Positions 35,152 to 44,639 of a stretch of DNA of 64,000 nucleotides are shown one piece after another (position 1 is the stretch's first letter; each line of letters opens with the position of its first letter). The notes beneath the pieces were generated by a model. It was not told the origin of the DNA. It searched no databases and saw nothing but the letters and a program-made list of their open reading frames with translations. The translations under genes were made by a program, and so were the position numbers. Location: positions 45,205 to 109,204 of the forward strand of contig CBESNA010000007.1 in assembly GCA_965530755.1 (NCBI GenBank), given 5' to 3'. The stretch comes from an uncultured Acidimicrobiia bacterium (GTDB taxonomy: Bacteria; Actinomycetota; Acidimicrobiia; Acidimicrobiales; SZUA-35).

Positions 35152-35173
35152 ACCTCGACCTGCTCTGACACCG

Positions 35174-35842
35174 TCAATCGTTGGCCGCCTCGACCGGCAA
35201 ACCGGCGTGCCGCCACTGGGGGAAGCCGTCCTCGAGTCGTCGAGCCCGACGGCCAACGTTGGTGAGCCGGCGCACGACCTCGTCAGCATGCACGCAGTAC
35301 GGACCTCGGCAATAGGCGACGACTTCGATATCGCTGGGCAGCTCGGCGAGGCGCTCCTGAAGCGAGTCGGGGGGAATGGAACGGGCACCGTCGATGTGAC
35401 CCGCGTCGTACTCGCTCGACGGTCGCACATCGACCAGGATCACATCGCCGTCGGCCAGGCGCTGTGCCAGTTCGGATCGTCCGATCTGCTCGAGACTCTC
35501 GCGGTCGCCGACGTAGGCGTCGGCCAAGGCATCGAGCTCGGCAAAGTGAGCCGACGCAACCTCGCGCAGCGCCGCCCACAGATCACCGACGCGATCAGAC
35601 GTCAGGCGGTAGTAGATCCGGTTGCCATCTCGGCGTGTTGACACCAAGCCGGCTGTCGCGAGCGTCCGTAGGTGGAATGAGGTGTTGGCGATGCTCTGGT
35701 CGATCTCGGTCGCGAGCTGCTCGACATGGCGCTCGCCCTGTTCGAGAACATCGATCAGCTCGGCCCGTCGACCGTTGCCCAGCGCCTTGGCGACCTCGGC
35801 GAACCCATCGAACAGCTGGTCCTTCGCTTTCCGGTTCCCCAC
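35174..35842 (-). CDS. ArsR-family HTH fused to a rhodanese domain
   Basis: N-terminal ArsR HTH (LGNGRRAELIDVLEQGERHVEQLATEIDQSIANTSFHLRTLATAGLV). The C-terminal rhodanese domain has the active-site loop YCRGPYC. Confidence 0.85.
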   Translation of the reverse strand: MGNRKAKDQLFDGFAEVAKALGNGRRAELIDVLEQGERHVEQLATEIDQSIANTSFHLRTLATAGLVSTRRDGNRIYYRLTSDRVGDLWAALREVASAHFAELDALADAYVGDRESLEQIGRSELAQRLADGDVILVDVRPSSEYDAGHIDGARSIPPDSLQERLAELPSDIEVVAYCRGPYCVHADEVVRRLTNVGRRARRLEDGFPQWRHAGLPVEAAND

Positions 35843-35890
35843 ACCACTCCTCCTCTGGTTTGCTCGAACAACAGCGTATTCAAACGATTA

Positions 35891-35927
35891 CTTGACAAGA
35901 TAGGAAACGCAGCACTACGTTGTCAAG
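35891..35927. promoter_or_regulatory. inverted repeat CTTGACAA-N21-TTGTCAAG: symmetric divergent promoters / candidate ArsR operator
   Basis: 8-bp arms at 35891-35898 and 35920-35927. Each arm carries a TTGACA hexamer pointing outward, with TA...T-type hexamers 17-18 nt downstream on each strand. Confidence 0.4.
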
Positions 35928-35950
35928 ACGTTGCCCGAGGAGGCCAACGC

Positions 35951-37216
35951 ATGACGAAGACCCCCCGAACCGATAGTCACGTCGTGCGCCTCGGCCTGAA
36001 GGAGAACCTCGCACAGTTCTCGCTTCTGGTCGGCGTCAACGCGCTCGTCGGCGGCATGATCGGACAGGAGCGAACTGTCCTGCCTCTCTTGGCCGAAGAG
36101 GAGTTCGGACTCACCGCATTCACCGCCACCCTCACATTCATCGCCGCCTTCGGGATCGTCAAAGCGGCAACCAACTTCTTCGCCGGGACCCTGTCGGACC
36201 GCTACGGCCGCAAGCCCGTCCTCGTCGCCGGCTGGATCATCGGCATCCCGGTCCCGCTCCTGCTGATCTGGGCACCAACGTGGGGGTGGGTGATCTTCGC
36301 CAATGTGCTGCTTGGGATCAACCAGGGTCTCACCTGGTCCACCACGGTCATCATGAAGATCGACCTCGTCGGGCCACAACGACGCGGCTTCGCGATGGGC
36401 CTCAACGAAGCCGCCGGCTACGGCGCCGTCGCCGCCACCGCTCTTGCCACCGGTTACATCGCCGAGCGATCAGGACTTCGCCCCGAGCCGTTCTTCCTCG
36501 GTCTCGCCTACGCCGGACTCGGCCTGAGCCTCTCGGTCCTGTTCGTCAAGGAAACCCGCGACCACGCCCACCTCGAGGCTGCCAACCACACCACGCAGCA
36601 CAACCTCCACGATGAACTCACCACCAGGCAGATCTTCACCATCACCAGCTTCAGAGAACGAGCCCTCTCGGCGGCGTCACAGGCCGGGATGGTGAACAAC
36701 CTCAACGACGGCCTCGCGTGGGGTCTTTTCCCGATCTTCTTCGCCAACGACGGCCTCTCGGTCGGTCGCATCGGCATCCTGGCCGCCGTCTACCCCGGCG
36801 TCTGGGGTCTCGGGCAGCTCTACACCGGTGGCCTCTCGGACCGCATCGGGCGCAAACCGCTGATCGCAGGCGGCATGTTGACCCAAGCCGCCGCCATTGC
36901 GTGGATGGCAACGGTGTCCGGGTTCTGGCCGTGGGCGATCGGCGCAATGACGCTCGGGGCCGGTACCGCCATGGTCTACCCAACCCTGCTCGCAACCATC
37001 GGCGACGTAGCCCACCCGACATGGCGGGCCCGGTCCGTCGGGATCTACCGGCTGTGGCGTGATGCCGGATTCGCGGTGGGCGCCCTCATGGCCGGACTGC
37101 TTGCCGACCTGATCTCCATCGAGGTGGCGATCTACGCGGTCGCCGCTCTCACCGCAGCATCGGGACTCGTCGTCATCGTCCGCATGTACGAGACCCACCC
37201 CCCAGAAGCTCGCTGA
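35951..37216 (+). CDS. MFS transporter
   Basis: Start at ATG 35951. The 421-aa product is hydrophobic with the MFS loop motifs GTLSDRYGRKPVL and GGLSDRIGRKPLI. Confidence 0.85.
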   Translation: MTKTPRTDSHVVRLGLKENLAQFSLLVGVNALVGGMIGQERTVLPLLAEEEFGLTAFTATLTFIAAFGIVKAATNFFAGTLSDRYGRKPVLVAGWIIGIPVPLLLIWAPTWGWVIFANVLLGINQGLTWSTTVIMKIDLVGPQRRGFAMGLNEAAGYGAVAATALATGYIAERSGLRPEPFFLGLAYAGLGLSLSVLFVKETRDHAHLEAANHTTQHNLHDELTTRQIFTITSFRERALSAASQAGMVNNLNDGLAWGLFPIFFANDGLSVGRIGILAAVYPGVWGLGQLYTGGLSDRIGRKPLIAGGMLTQAAAIAWMATVSGFWPWAIGAMTLGAGTAMVYPTLLATIGDVAHPTWRARSVGIYRLWRDAGFAVGALMAGLLADLISIEVAIYAVAALTAASGLVVIVRMYETHPPEAR

Positions 37217-37269
37217 TCATCGCGGGCTCGCCGGGAGACGCGCACCCAGGGCACACTGCCGGACACACC

Positions 37270-37851
37270 ATGCAAGCATTTCTGATCAGCTCGGGAATCA
37301 TCTTCGTTGCCGAACTCGGCGACAAGAGCCAACTGATGGCGATGACGTTCGCCGCCCGCTATCGAGCGCGAACGATCCTCGCCGCGATCACCGTCGCGAC
37401 CGCTGTCGTTCACCTCTTCAGCGTCCTCGTCGGCGCAGCCATAGGAGCTGCGCTGCCCACTCGTGCGATCTCCATCGCCGCCGGCCTCGCATTTCTCGCC
37501 TTCGCAGCCTGGACGCTGCGAGGCGACGAACTCACCGAGGACGAGGCCGCTCGGGCGGGCCAGAACGAACGATCAGTCTTCTTCACCGTGGGCTTGGCCT
37601 TCTTCCTCGCCGAGCTCGGAGACAAGACGATGCTGGCCACCGTCACCCTCGCCGCCGACAACGGCTTGGTCGGAACCTGGCTCGGTTCGACCGTCGGCAT
37701 GGTCGCCGCCGACGCTCTTGCCATCATCGTCGGCCGGCAGCTCGGCGCCCGCATTCCCGAGAAGGCGATAAGGGTCGGCGCCGCCATCACCTTTGTCGTC
37801 TTCGGGATCCTCCTGATCAGCGAAGGACTGGCCCAGCCGACCGGGGGCTGA
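37270..37851 (+). CDS. GDT1/TMEM165 (UPF0016) family cation transporter
   Basis: 193 aa with the duplicated E-x-G-D-K-[ST] motif (AELGDKSQL and AELGDKTML). Confidence 0.85.
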   Translation: MQAFLISSGIIFVAELGDKSQLMAMTFAARYRARTILAAITVATAVVHLFSVLVGAAIGAALPTRAISIAAGLAFLAFAAWTLRGDELTEDEAARAGQNERSVFFTVGLAFFLAELGDKTMLATVTLAADNGLVGTWLGSTVGMVAADALAIIVGRQLGARIPEKAIRVGAAITFVVFGILLISEGLAQPTGG

Positions 37852-37962
37852 ACACGATTCTGCCCAACTCCGGAATCCGCACAGCTCGAAGCGAGTTCAG
37901 CAGGTACCGGGCTATTTCCGTCACCGACGTCGGTTGGCCCGGTACCAAAGAGGGACGATTTC

Positions 37963-39270
37963 ATGACGCCTCACTCTCGACAGCGGTCTGACACGTCTCG
38001 CACCGTCGGTCCCGTTGGCAGACTCGAGCCACAGGCTGCGGACGTGAGCTCGGCGGCACGACAGACGGCATTGATGCGACTCGCGATCGCAATGGTGCTC
38101 ACGATGACCACATGGTTTTCCGCCACCGCTGTCCTCGGTCAGCTTCGGGTCCGCTGGGACCTCACCGCCTCGACCGGATCGTGGCTCACGATCGCGGTCC
38201 AGCTCGGCTTCGTCGCTGGAGCACTCGTGTTGGCGGCAACCAGCCTCTCCGACGTCGTTGCTCCTCGGACGCTGATTTTCGTCGGCGCACTGGGTGCGTC
38301 CGGCGCCAACCTCGGGCTCCTCTTGGCCACCGGCCCGGGCACGGCAATCTCGCTGCGAGCGGTGACCGGGGCATTTCTCGCTGCCGTCTACCCGCCGGCG
38401 ATGAAGTCGATCTCCACCTGGTACCGCAAGGACCGCGGGATCGCACTCGGTGTCATGGTCGGAGCTTTGACGATCGGATCGGCCTCGCCGCATCTCGTGA
38501 ACTTCGTCGGAACGGTGCCGTGGCAAGCGGTGGTCGTCGTGACCTCCGCCGCAACGCTCGTCGGTGGCGCCCTTGCGAGGTGGTGGGCGATCGATGGGCC
38601 CTACCCGTTTCCTCAGGCACAGTTCGATCCCCGACTCGTGGTCCGCTCGATGTCGCAACGCGGCGTCCGTCTCGCGACGCTCGGCTACTTCGGGCACATG
38701 TGGGAGTTGTATGCCATGTGGGCGTGGATCGGCGTGTTCTACACAGCCCGCTTCGATTCCACCCGGATCGGTTCGCTGCTCGCCTTCATCGTGATCGGCG
38801 CGGGTGCCGCGGGGTCGGTCGTGGGCGGGCGCATCGGCGACCGCCGAGGAAGATCGACCAGCACCATCATCGCGATGATCGCATCCGGATCCATGGCCGC
38901 GACGATCGGGTTCGTCGGCGACGGCGGCCCGACTGGCGACGTACTCGTCATCGCGATGGGTTTGATCTGGGGCTTCTGGGTCGTGGCCGACTCGGCCCAG
39001 TTCTCGGCCGCCGTCACCGAACACGCTGCTCCGGACACGGTCGGTACCGCCCTCACGGTCCAACTGGCATCGGGATTCGTGCTCACGGTCGCGACGATCT
39101 GGCTCGTCCCTGTGATCGAACGTGCCACGGGTTGGGGTTGGGCGTTCGCACTTCTCGCCCCGGGACCAATCCTGGGGACCATCGCCATGCAACGCCTTCG
39201 GTCGACTCCGATGTATCCATCTGGTCGTGACGGGGATGAGCGCCCGCATGATGATGTTGACGGTGCGTGA
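37963..39270 (+). CDS. MFS transporter
   Basis: 435-aa hydrophobic protein with about 12 TM segments. The 569-aa antisense ORF 37921..39630 is a shadow ORF. Confidence 0.8.
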   Translation: MTPHSRQRSDTSRTVGPVGRLEPQAADVSSAARQTALMRLAIAMVLTMTTWFSATAVLGQLRVRWDLTASTGSWLTIAVQLGFVAGALVLAATSLSDVVAPRTLIFVGALGASGANLGLLLATGPGTAISLRAVTGAFLAAVYPPAMKSISTWYRKDRGIALGVMVGALTIGSASPHLVNFVGTVPWQAVVVVTSAATLVGGALARWWAIDGPYPFPQAQFDPRLVVRSMSQRGVRLATLGYFGHMWELYAMWAWIGVFYTARFDSTRIGSLLAFIVIGAGAAGSVVGGRIGDRRGRSTSTIIAMIASGSMAATIGFVGDGGPTGDVLVIAMGLIWGFWVVADSAQFSAAVTEHAAPDTVGTALTVQLASGFVLTVATIWLVPVIERATGWGWAFALLAPGPILGTIAMQRLRSTPMYPSGRDGDERPHDDVDGA

Positions 39271-39302
39271 TTCCATGACGGCGAGCGCCGAGCGCGACCT
39301 GG

Positions 39303-39677
39303 CTAGTCGGTGTCTGCCATGCTCTGCAGTGGCGGGGCCGGGCGGTGCAGCACGGCACCAGTCGGAAGTACCTCGACGAAATCGCCAACAACGGTGGCAG
39401 TGCCGTCGATGAGCAAGCTGAACCCGTCGCCGTCCGGGCGTGGTGGGAACAGAACGGTGACCTCCGACTGCACGGCGACGTTCCGACATGCCCGCCGTCC
39501 GCCGGCGTCGAATCTCAAGAGCACCCCTTCGGAGGCATCGGCGGCACGATCCTGCATGACATCTGGTGTCAGCGCGATCACGTGGGCCCTCCCTTCGCCG
39601 GACGTGGTCAGGAGATATCCGAAGCCCCACCGTCGAACTTCATCACCGAGCTCACTCAACGGCACGTTCACACTCAT
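39303..39677 (-). CDS. pyridoxamine-5'-phosphate-oxidase-like (split-barrel) protein
   Basis: 124 aa. WGFGYLLTTSGEGRAHVIAL...VTVLFPP...LLIDGTATV is consistent with the PNPOx-like/F420-binding split beta-barrel. Weak assignment. Confidence 0.5.
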   Translation of the reverse strand: MSVNVPLSELGDEVRRWGFGYLLTTSGEGRAHVIALTPDVMQDRAADASEGVLLRFDAGGRRACRNVAVQSEVTVLFPPRPDGDGFSLLIDGTATVVGDFVEVLPTGAVLHRPAPPLQSMADTD

Positions 39678-39733
39678 GCGCAGGTCCTCATACGGACCAT
39701 CGTGACAGATCGGCAGACCCGGGCGTAAGCAGC

Positions 39734-40162
39734 TCAGGACACCGGTTCGAGCACCACCACCGGGATCTCTCGTTCGGTCTTGGTTTGGTAGTCGGCGTAG
39801 TTCTTGTATTTCGCTGTGACGGCCTTCCAGATGGAGGCTCGTTCATCACCAGTTGCGATACGGGCCACCATCTTCGAGCTTCCGTCGTTCGTGCGGACGG
39901 TGACCGAAGGGTTCTCGCGGAGGTTGAGGAACCAGGCTGGGTGTTTGTCGTTGCCACCGGCGGACGCGATGATCGCCATGCGATCGCCGTCTTGCCATGG
40001 CGTGGTGAGCATCGTGGATCGGGAGGCGCCGCTCTTGCGGCCCGTCGTTGTCAACTCGAGCACAGGCATCTTGCCGGCGGTCCAGCCGAGCTTTCCACCA
40101 CTGACGGTCATCATCGTGCGATGGATGCAGTTCATGGTCTTCAGCGCGAGGTCGGATGGCAT
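39734..40162 (-). CDS. deazaflavin (F420)-dependent nitroreductase-family protein (Ddn-like)
   Basis: Start at ATG 40162, 142 aa. LELTTTGRKSGASRSTMLTT...IIASAGGNDKHPAWFLNLRENP...REIPVVVLEP is the typical Ddn-family pattern. Confidence 0.8.
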   Translation of the reverse strand: MPSDLALKTMNCIHRTMMTVSGGKLGWTAGKMPVLELTTTGRKSGASRSTMLTTPWQDGDRMAIIASAGGNDKHPAWFLNLRENPSVTVRTNDGSSKMVARIATGDERASIWKAVTAKYKNYADYQTKTEREIPVVVLEPVS

Positions 40163-40258
40163 GGGATCTCTCAGACGTTTGGGGTTGTCGCAACGTGATG
40201 TCCGGATCGAACGTAGCCGCCGCGTTCGCTCTCCCGGCTTTGCTGGAGCCGAACGGCC

Positions 40259-41593
40259 ATGGGACCATCGACCATGACCGAAACCACGAACACCCAGATG
40301 CCGTGGCGGGGCAACGAGTACCGAAGCCCTGAGCAGGAACAGGCCGAGAACGGGGCACGTGTCCCCGACGCCGGCGAGCTTGCTCTCGAGGACATCAACC
40401 CGCTCAATGCCCATCTCTTCAGCGAGAACCGGTGGCAAGGCCACTTCGAGCGGTTGCGCAAGGAAGACCCTGTCCACTTCAACGAGATTCCGGCCGCCGG
40501 ACGCTACTGGTCGATCACGAAGTACGACGACGTCCGCCAGGTCGACGGGGACTGGAAGACGTTCTCTTCCGCCAGCGGCATCACTCTCGGCCCGCCCGTC
40601 GTCGCCCTGCCTGCGGATGGAACCGCGACGATGACTTCGTTCATCTCGATGGATCCGCCTCGCCACGGCGAACAACGCAGCACCGTACGATCGGTCGCCG
40701 CTCCGAAGAACCTGCGCAACCTCGAGCCGCTCATTCGGGAACGCACGATCTCGGTTCTCGACTCCCTGCCAGAGGGCGAGACCTTCGACTGGGTCGACAC
40801 CGTGTCCATCGAGCTGACCACGATGATGCTCGCGACTCTGTTCGACTTTCCCTTCGAGGATCGCCGCAAGCTCACCCGGTGGTCAGACATCGTCTTCGCC
40901 ATCCCGGAGCCGGGCGGCCTCGTCGAGACCCAGGAACAAAAGCGCGACGAGCTGATCGAGTGCGTTCACTACTTCGAGAAGCTGTGGGAGCTTCGCCGCG
41001 AACATCCAGGCGACGATCTCGTCTCCATGCTCGTGCACGGAGCGGCCACCAAGGACATGCCGACCATGGCGCACCTTGGCAACCTTCTCTTGCTCATCGT
41101 CGGCGGCAATGACACGACCCGCAACACGATGTCCGGCAGCGTGTACGGGCTGAATTCGTTCCCGGACCAGTACGACAAGCTGATCGCCGACCCGGATCTC
41201 GTACCTTCGATGGTGCCCGAGATCATCCGCTGGCAGACGCCGCTCCCCTACATGCGGAGGACAGCCAATCACGACACGGAACTCGGCGGCAAGCAGATCC
41301 TGAAGAACGACCAACTGCTGATGTGGTACCTGTCCGCCAATCGCGACGAAGACGTGTTCGACCACGCCGAAGACATCGACATCGAACGCCACAACGCCGA
41401 TCGGCACCTTGCGTTCGGCTACGGGATCCATTTCTGCATGGGCAGTCGACTGGCCGAACTCCAACTACGGATTCTCTGGGAAGAGATCCTCCATCGCTTC
41501 GAACGAGTCACTGTCAAAGAGGAACCGAGCCGCACCTTCTCATCCTTCGTGAAGGGTTACACCCACCTGCCGGTCGAAGTCACCCGGAAGTGA
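40259..41593 (+). CDS. cytochrome P450, CYP153-like (alkane/terminal hydroxylase type)
   Basis: Haem loop FGYGIHFCMGSRLAELQLRILWEE. LLLIVGGNDTTRNTMSG and EIIRWQTPLPYMRRTA match CYP153 sequences as I remember them almost motif for motif. Confidence 0.9.
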   Translation: MGPSTMTETTNTQMPWRGNEYRSPEQEQAENGARVPDAGELALEDINPLNAHLFSENRWQGHFERLRKEDPVHFNEIPAAGRYWSITKYDDVRQVDGDWKTFSSASGITLGPPVVALPADGTATMTSFISMDPPRHGEQRSTVRSVAAPKNLRNLEPLIRERTISVLDSLPEGETFDWVDTVSIELTTMMLATLFDFPFEDRRKLTRWSDIVFAIPEPGGLVETQEQKRDELIECVHYFEKLWELRREHPGDDLVSMLVHGAATKDMPTMAHLGNLLLLIVGGNDTTRNTMSGSVYGLNSFPDQYDKLIADPDLVPSMVPEIIRWQTPLPYMRRTANHDTELGGKQILKNDQLLMWYLSANRDEDVFDHAEDIDIERHNADRHLAFGYGIHFCMGSRLAELQLRILWEEILHRFERVTVKEEPSRTFSSFVKGYTHLPVEVTRK

Positions 41594-41652
41594 GCTGACC
41601 GACCGGACTCTGGAGCGGTTGATCGGAAGCGAGCTGCATCGGAGTTTCGGGC

Positions 41653-42111
41653 TCAGCCGGGATCGGCGGAGCCAGGGTCGGAGTTGGGTGTCCGCCGGGG
41701 CCGTTCGGTCCTGCTGCGTCCGGACAGATAGGTTCTGGCCGTCCCTTCTGTTGCACAGGCCAACCAGGCGTCGATGATCAATGCTTCGAGCGCACCGTGA
41801 TCGATCGGGTCGAGCTGGATCAAGACTGCCGGGTACTCGTCGAAGTGAGCGATGGTGAAAACGCCATCCTGCCCTTCTTCGAGGACGGCTGCCTTCTCGG
41901 CGAGGTCGTCGACCGCAAGTGCCAGGATCGGGCCCTGGGGAGCCGGTTCGTCACCGAAGCGCTTGATGTCGGCCTTCGAAAACGGCCGTTCCCATGCGAA
42001 GCCCTTCTGGTTCACGAACCAGGTTCGTCGCCCATACCGAGTGCCTTCGGTGACGTCGGGCAGCGCCGTGATCAGATCCCTCACATCGTCGAACGAGGCC
42101 ACAGAGAACAC
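41653..42111 (-). CDS. MmcQ/YjbR-family protein
   Basis: 152 aa. ALPDVTEGTRYGRRTWFVNQKGFAW...FTIAHFDEYPAVLIQL is typical of MmcQ/YjbR. Confidence 0.7.
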   Translation of the reverse strand: MFSVASFDDVRDLITALPDVTEGTRYGRRTWFVNQKGFAWERPFSKADIKRFGDEPAPQGPILALAVDDLAEKAAVLEEGQDGVFTIAHFDEYPAVLIQLDPIDHGALEALIIDAWLACATEGTARTYLSGRSRTERPRRTPNSDPGSADPG

Positions 42112-42192
42112 GCTAGTGCGACGAGCTGGGCCCCCGCCCGGTCGTCGGCAACGACCTGATCACCCCAGCGGTAGACCGTCGGACGTCGTGAC

Positions 42193-42822
42193 TCAAGCCG
42201 GTATCGAAATGGTCAGTTCGTAGGTGGCATTGCCGCGGGTGCCGCCGATCACCACGATGTAGTCGCCGCTGGTAAGCAACTCGGTTTCGCTGGCCATGAC
42301 CTCGGTCTCGATGATCGATCCGGCTGGATCCAGGAGATCGAACACCGCGTTCTCCTCGAGCGAAGTGATCGTCAACTCGAGGGTCTGCCCCTCCCGGGCT
42401 CCGATGCGGTAGACGTCCCGTTCGCCGAGAACGACAGCACCGTCAACGGTCGCCGAGGTTCCCCCCGCCGCGAACTTGACCTCTTCATCCACACGCACGG
42501 TCAAGCCGTCGAAGAAGGAGGGCAGCGGCGCCGGTTCGCCTTCTCGGCCGGCCGGATCGGCATCAACCGTCTCGGTGCTCGACGTCGCCGGGGCCGTCGT
42601 CGCGGTCGTGGTCGTGGCCGGCTCCGTGGTCGTGGTCGTGTCGAGGGTTGGCGCATCGTCAGGCGGCACCGTGCTGGACGTGGAGGTTGCGTCAGCAGCC
42701 ACGACCGGGTCATCGCCACCGGTCAGGGTGAAGAAGGCGCCGATGCCGCCGACGAACACGAGCGCGGCTACCGCCCCGGCAATCGCCGCTGTGCGGTTGC
42801 CACCAAGAGTGGAGTGAGCCAT
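42193..42822 (-). CDS. membrane-anchored protein with Thr-rich linker and PPC-like C-terminal beta domain
   Basis: N-terminal TM (AAIAGAVAALVFVGGIGAFF), a TTTTEPATTTTATTAPATSS linker, and a C-terminal ...RDVYRIGAREGQTLELTITS...FDLLDPAGS...GDYIVVIGG pattern resembling pre-peptidase C-terminal domains. Confidence 0.5.
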   Translation of the reverse strand: MAHSTLGGNRTAAIAGAVAALVFVGGIGAFFTLTGGDDPVVAADATSTSSTVPPDDAPTLDTTTTTEPATTTTATTAPATSSTETVDADPAGREGEPAPLPSFFDGLTVRVDEEVKFAAGGTSATVDGAVVLGERDVYRIGAREGQTLELTITSLEENAVFDLLDPAGSIIETEVMASETELLTSGDYIVVIGGTRGNATYELTISIPA

Positions 42823-42860
42823 CGTGCCACGCTACTCACAGCAACCGATGCAGTCGCAGG

Positions 42861-43688
42861 TCAGAGGCGGGAGATCGAGAGCTCGAGGGCTCTGACGGCG
42901 AGGGCGGTGTCGCCGGCGCCTGGATTACCACTGGCCCGAGCCACGAAGGCCATGAACAGATGACCGTCCACGTCTGCCGCAGCCAACGTGAGCCCGATCG
43001 TCCCGGTCGGCGAGGTCGCGTCGATGCCAGCAACGACGAGTGACTGGTCGGCGCCAGCGACATCGAGGGCCACGACCTCCAGGGAGATTTCCGCAAATTC
43101 TCCGTCGAGGTCGACGCAAACGGCCAGGAGCTCCAGGGCGGCGAGGAAGTCAGACGCTGCGGTCGCGTCACTCGTCGCCGGCATGACGTTGAGCTCGAGC
43201 TCGATGCCCGTCTCTCGCTCCTCGAACGACGCCACGAAGTAGGAAGTCTGCTCAGGGGCCGCCTTCCCGCAGATCTCGTTCTCGACCTGCCGTGGCTCGT
43301 CGATTTCGATGTAGTCGATCCAGTCGACCGTCCAGCCAGAGTCGAGGCCGAGCGAAACGAGGTCATCGCCAGTGAGAACGACTCGAGCCAGCGGTCGGTT
43401 CTGCCACGGCGTTTCGTCACCGCTCGGAATCGGATCTGGCTCGACTTCGGGAGCGAGGGTGGTCGTCGGGTCGTTGGGCTGCACGACCGGGGGGTCCTCC
43501 TGCGACGGTTCGGCGCCAACGCTGTTCGTCGTGCTCGACTCGTCGGTCGGCCGCTGACCGGGCGCGGTTGACTCGACCTCTGTCTCGGTCGGCTCACCGG
43601 TTCCGGCCACGACCGTTTCGGGCGATGAGGAACACGCTGCGCCGAGGAGAGCGATGGTCGCGAACAAGAGGAGGGGACGGCGCCGCAT
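42861..43688 (-). CDS. lipoprotein of unknown function
   Basis: Start at ATG 43688. MRRRPLLLFATIALLGAACSS signal/lipobox. No family recognised. Confidence 0.55.
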   Translation of the reverse strand: MRRRPLLLFATIALLGAACSSSPETVVAGTGEPTETEVESTAPGQRPTDESSTTNSVGAEPSQEDPPVVQPNDPTTTLAPEVEPDPIPSGDETPWQNRPLARVVLTGDDLVSLGLDSGWTVDWIDYIEIDEPRQVENEICGKAAPEQTSYFVASFEERETGIELELNVMPATSDATAASDFLAALELLAVCVDLDGEFAEISLEVVALDVAGADQSLVVAGIDATSPTGTIGLTLAAADVDGHLFMAFVARASGNPGAGDTALAVRALELSISRL

Positions 43689-43774
43689 ACATCTACATCG
43701 GTCGTTCGATGCCATCGCTTGACAACGACAGGAGGGCACCCTCGTCGATGCCGAGCACATGCTGACGAGCTACT

Positions 43775-44626
43775 TTGCTGAGCATGATCGATGCGCTGGC
43801 TGATCGACCAGGATCCGGACGTCTCGATGGACGGGTCGCCATCGTTATGGGCGCCGGGCAGTCACCGGGCAGCGGGCCGGACGACTGCTCAGTGGGGAAC
43901 GGCCGAGCCGCTGCCCTGCTGTTCGCCCGTGAAGGCGCCACGGTGCTCGCGGTCGATCGCGACGAGGACGCAGCATCAGAGACCGTGACGTTGATCGAAG
44001 CGGCCGGCGGAACGGCTGTCGCTCATCGAGCTGACGTCACCGTCGAGAGCGACCTCGCCTCGCTGCCCTCGGTGTGTATCCAACGTCTCGGGCCGCCGAC
44101 GATCCTCCACAACAACGTTGGTATCGGCACCGGCGACGGTGGCGTCACCAGCCTCGACCGCGAGATCTGGGAACGCATCTTCGAGGTCAATGTCACGGGG
44201 ATGTATCTCACCTGCAAACATCTGATCCCCGAGATGCGGGCCGCGGGCGGCGGAGCGATCGTCAACATCTCGTCGGTCGCTGCGATTGCCTCGACGCCCC
44301 TGGCCGCCTACAAGTCATCGAAGGCTGCTGTCAATGCCCTCACCCATCACCTGGCCACGGCCAACTTCAAACACGGGATTCGCGTGAATGCGATCATGCC
44401 AGGGTTGATGGACACACCGATGGCGATCGGAGGCCACAGCAGTGCACTCGACATCGACCCAGACGAGTTACGGGAGTCGCGGAACCGCATGGTCCCCCTC
44501 GGCCGCCGACAGGGCACGGCATGGGACACCGCCTACGCGGCTCTCTACCTCGTGTCAGACGAAGCCAGATTCGTCACTGGAGTGATCCTGCCCGTCGACG
44601 GCGGCCAGCTTGCCCGGATCGGTTGA
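43775..44626 (+). CDS. SDR-family oxidoreductase
   Basis: Has VAIVMGAGQSPGSG (TGxxxGxG-like), NNVG and the catalytic S...YKSSK, then PG..DTP. Confidence 0.9.
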   Translation: MLSMIDALADRPGSGRLDGRVAIVMGAGQSPGSGPDDCSVGNGRAAALLFAREGATVLAVDRDEDAASETVTLIEAAGGTAVAHRADVTVESDLASLPSVCIQRLGPPTILHNNVGIGTGDGGVTSLDREIWERIFEVNVTGMYLTCKHLIPEMRAAGGGAIVNISSVAAIASTPLAAYKSSKAAVNALTHHLATANFKHGIRVNAIMPGLMDTPMAIGGHSSALDIDPDELRESRNRMVPLGRRQGTAWDTAYAALYLVSDEARFVTGVILPVDGGQLARIG

Positions 44627-44639
44627 TCGGCGGTCGTCG

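Noticed and set aside
37217-37269. Mn-responsive yybP-ykoY riboswitch upstream of the GDT1/UPF0016 transporter
   Set aside because: The intergenic space is only 53 nt, too short for that riboswitch, and no conserved motif is visible.
37921-39630. 569-aa minus-strand ORF. Similar very long antisense ORFs occur at 1924..2688, 6169..7086, 10448..11329, 11229..12242, 13654..14460, 14352..15566, 19232..20191, 25376..26218, 28319..29281, 49921..51414 and 53096..55045
   Set aside because: All are Arg/Gly/Pro/His-rich with no domain signatures, and each lies antisense to or out of frame with a well-supported gene. The absence of stops is expected by chance in GC-rich DNA.
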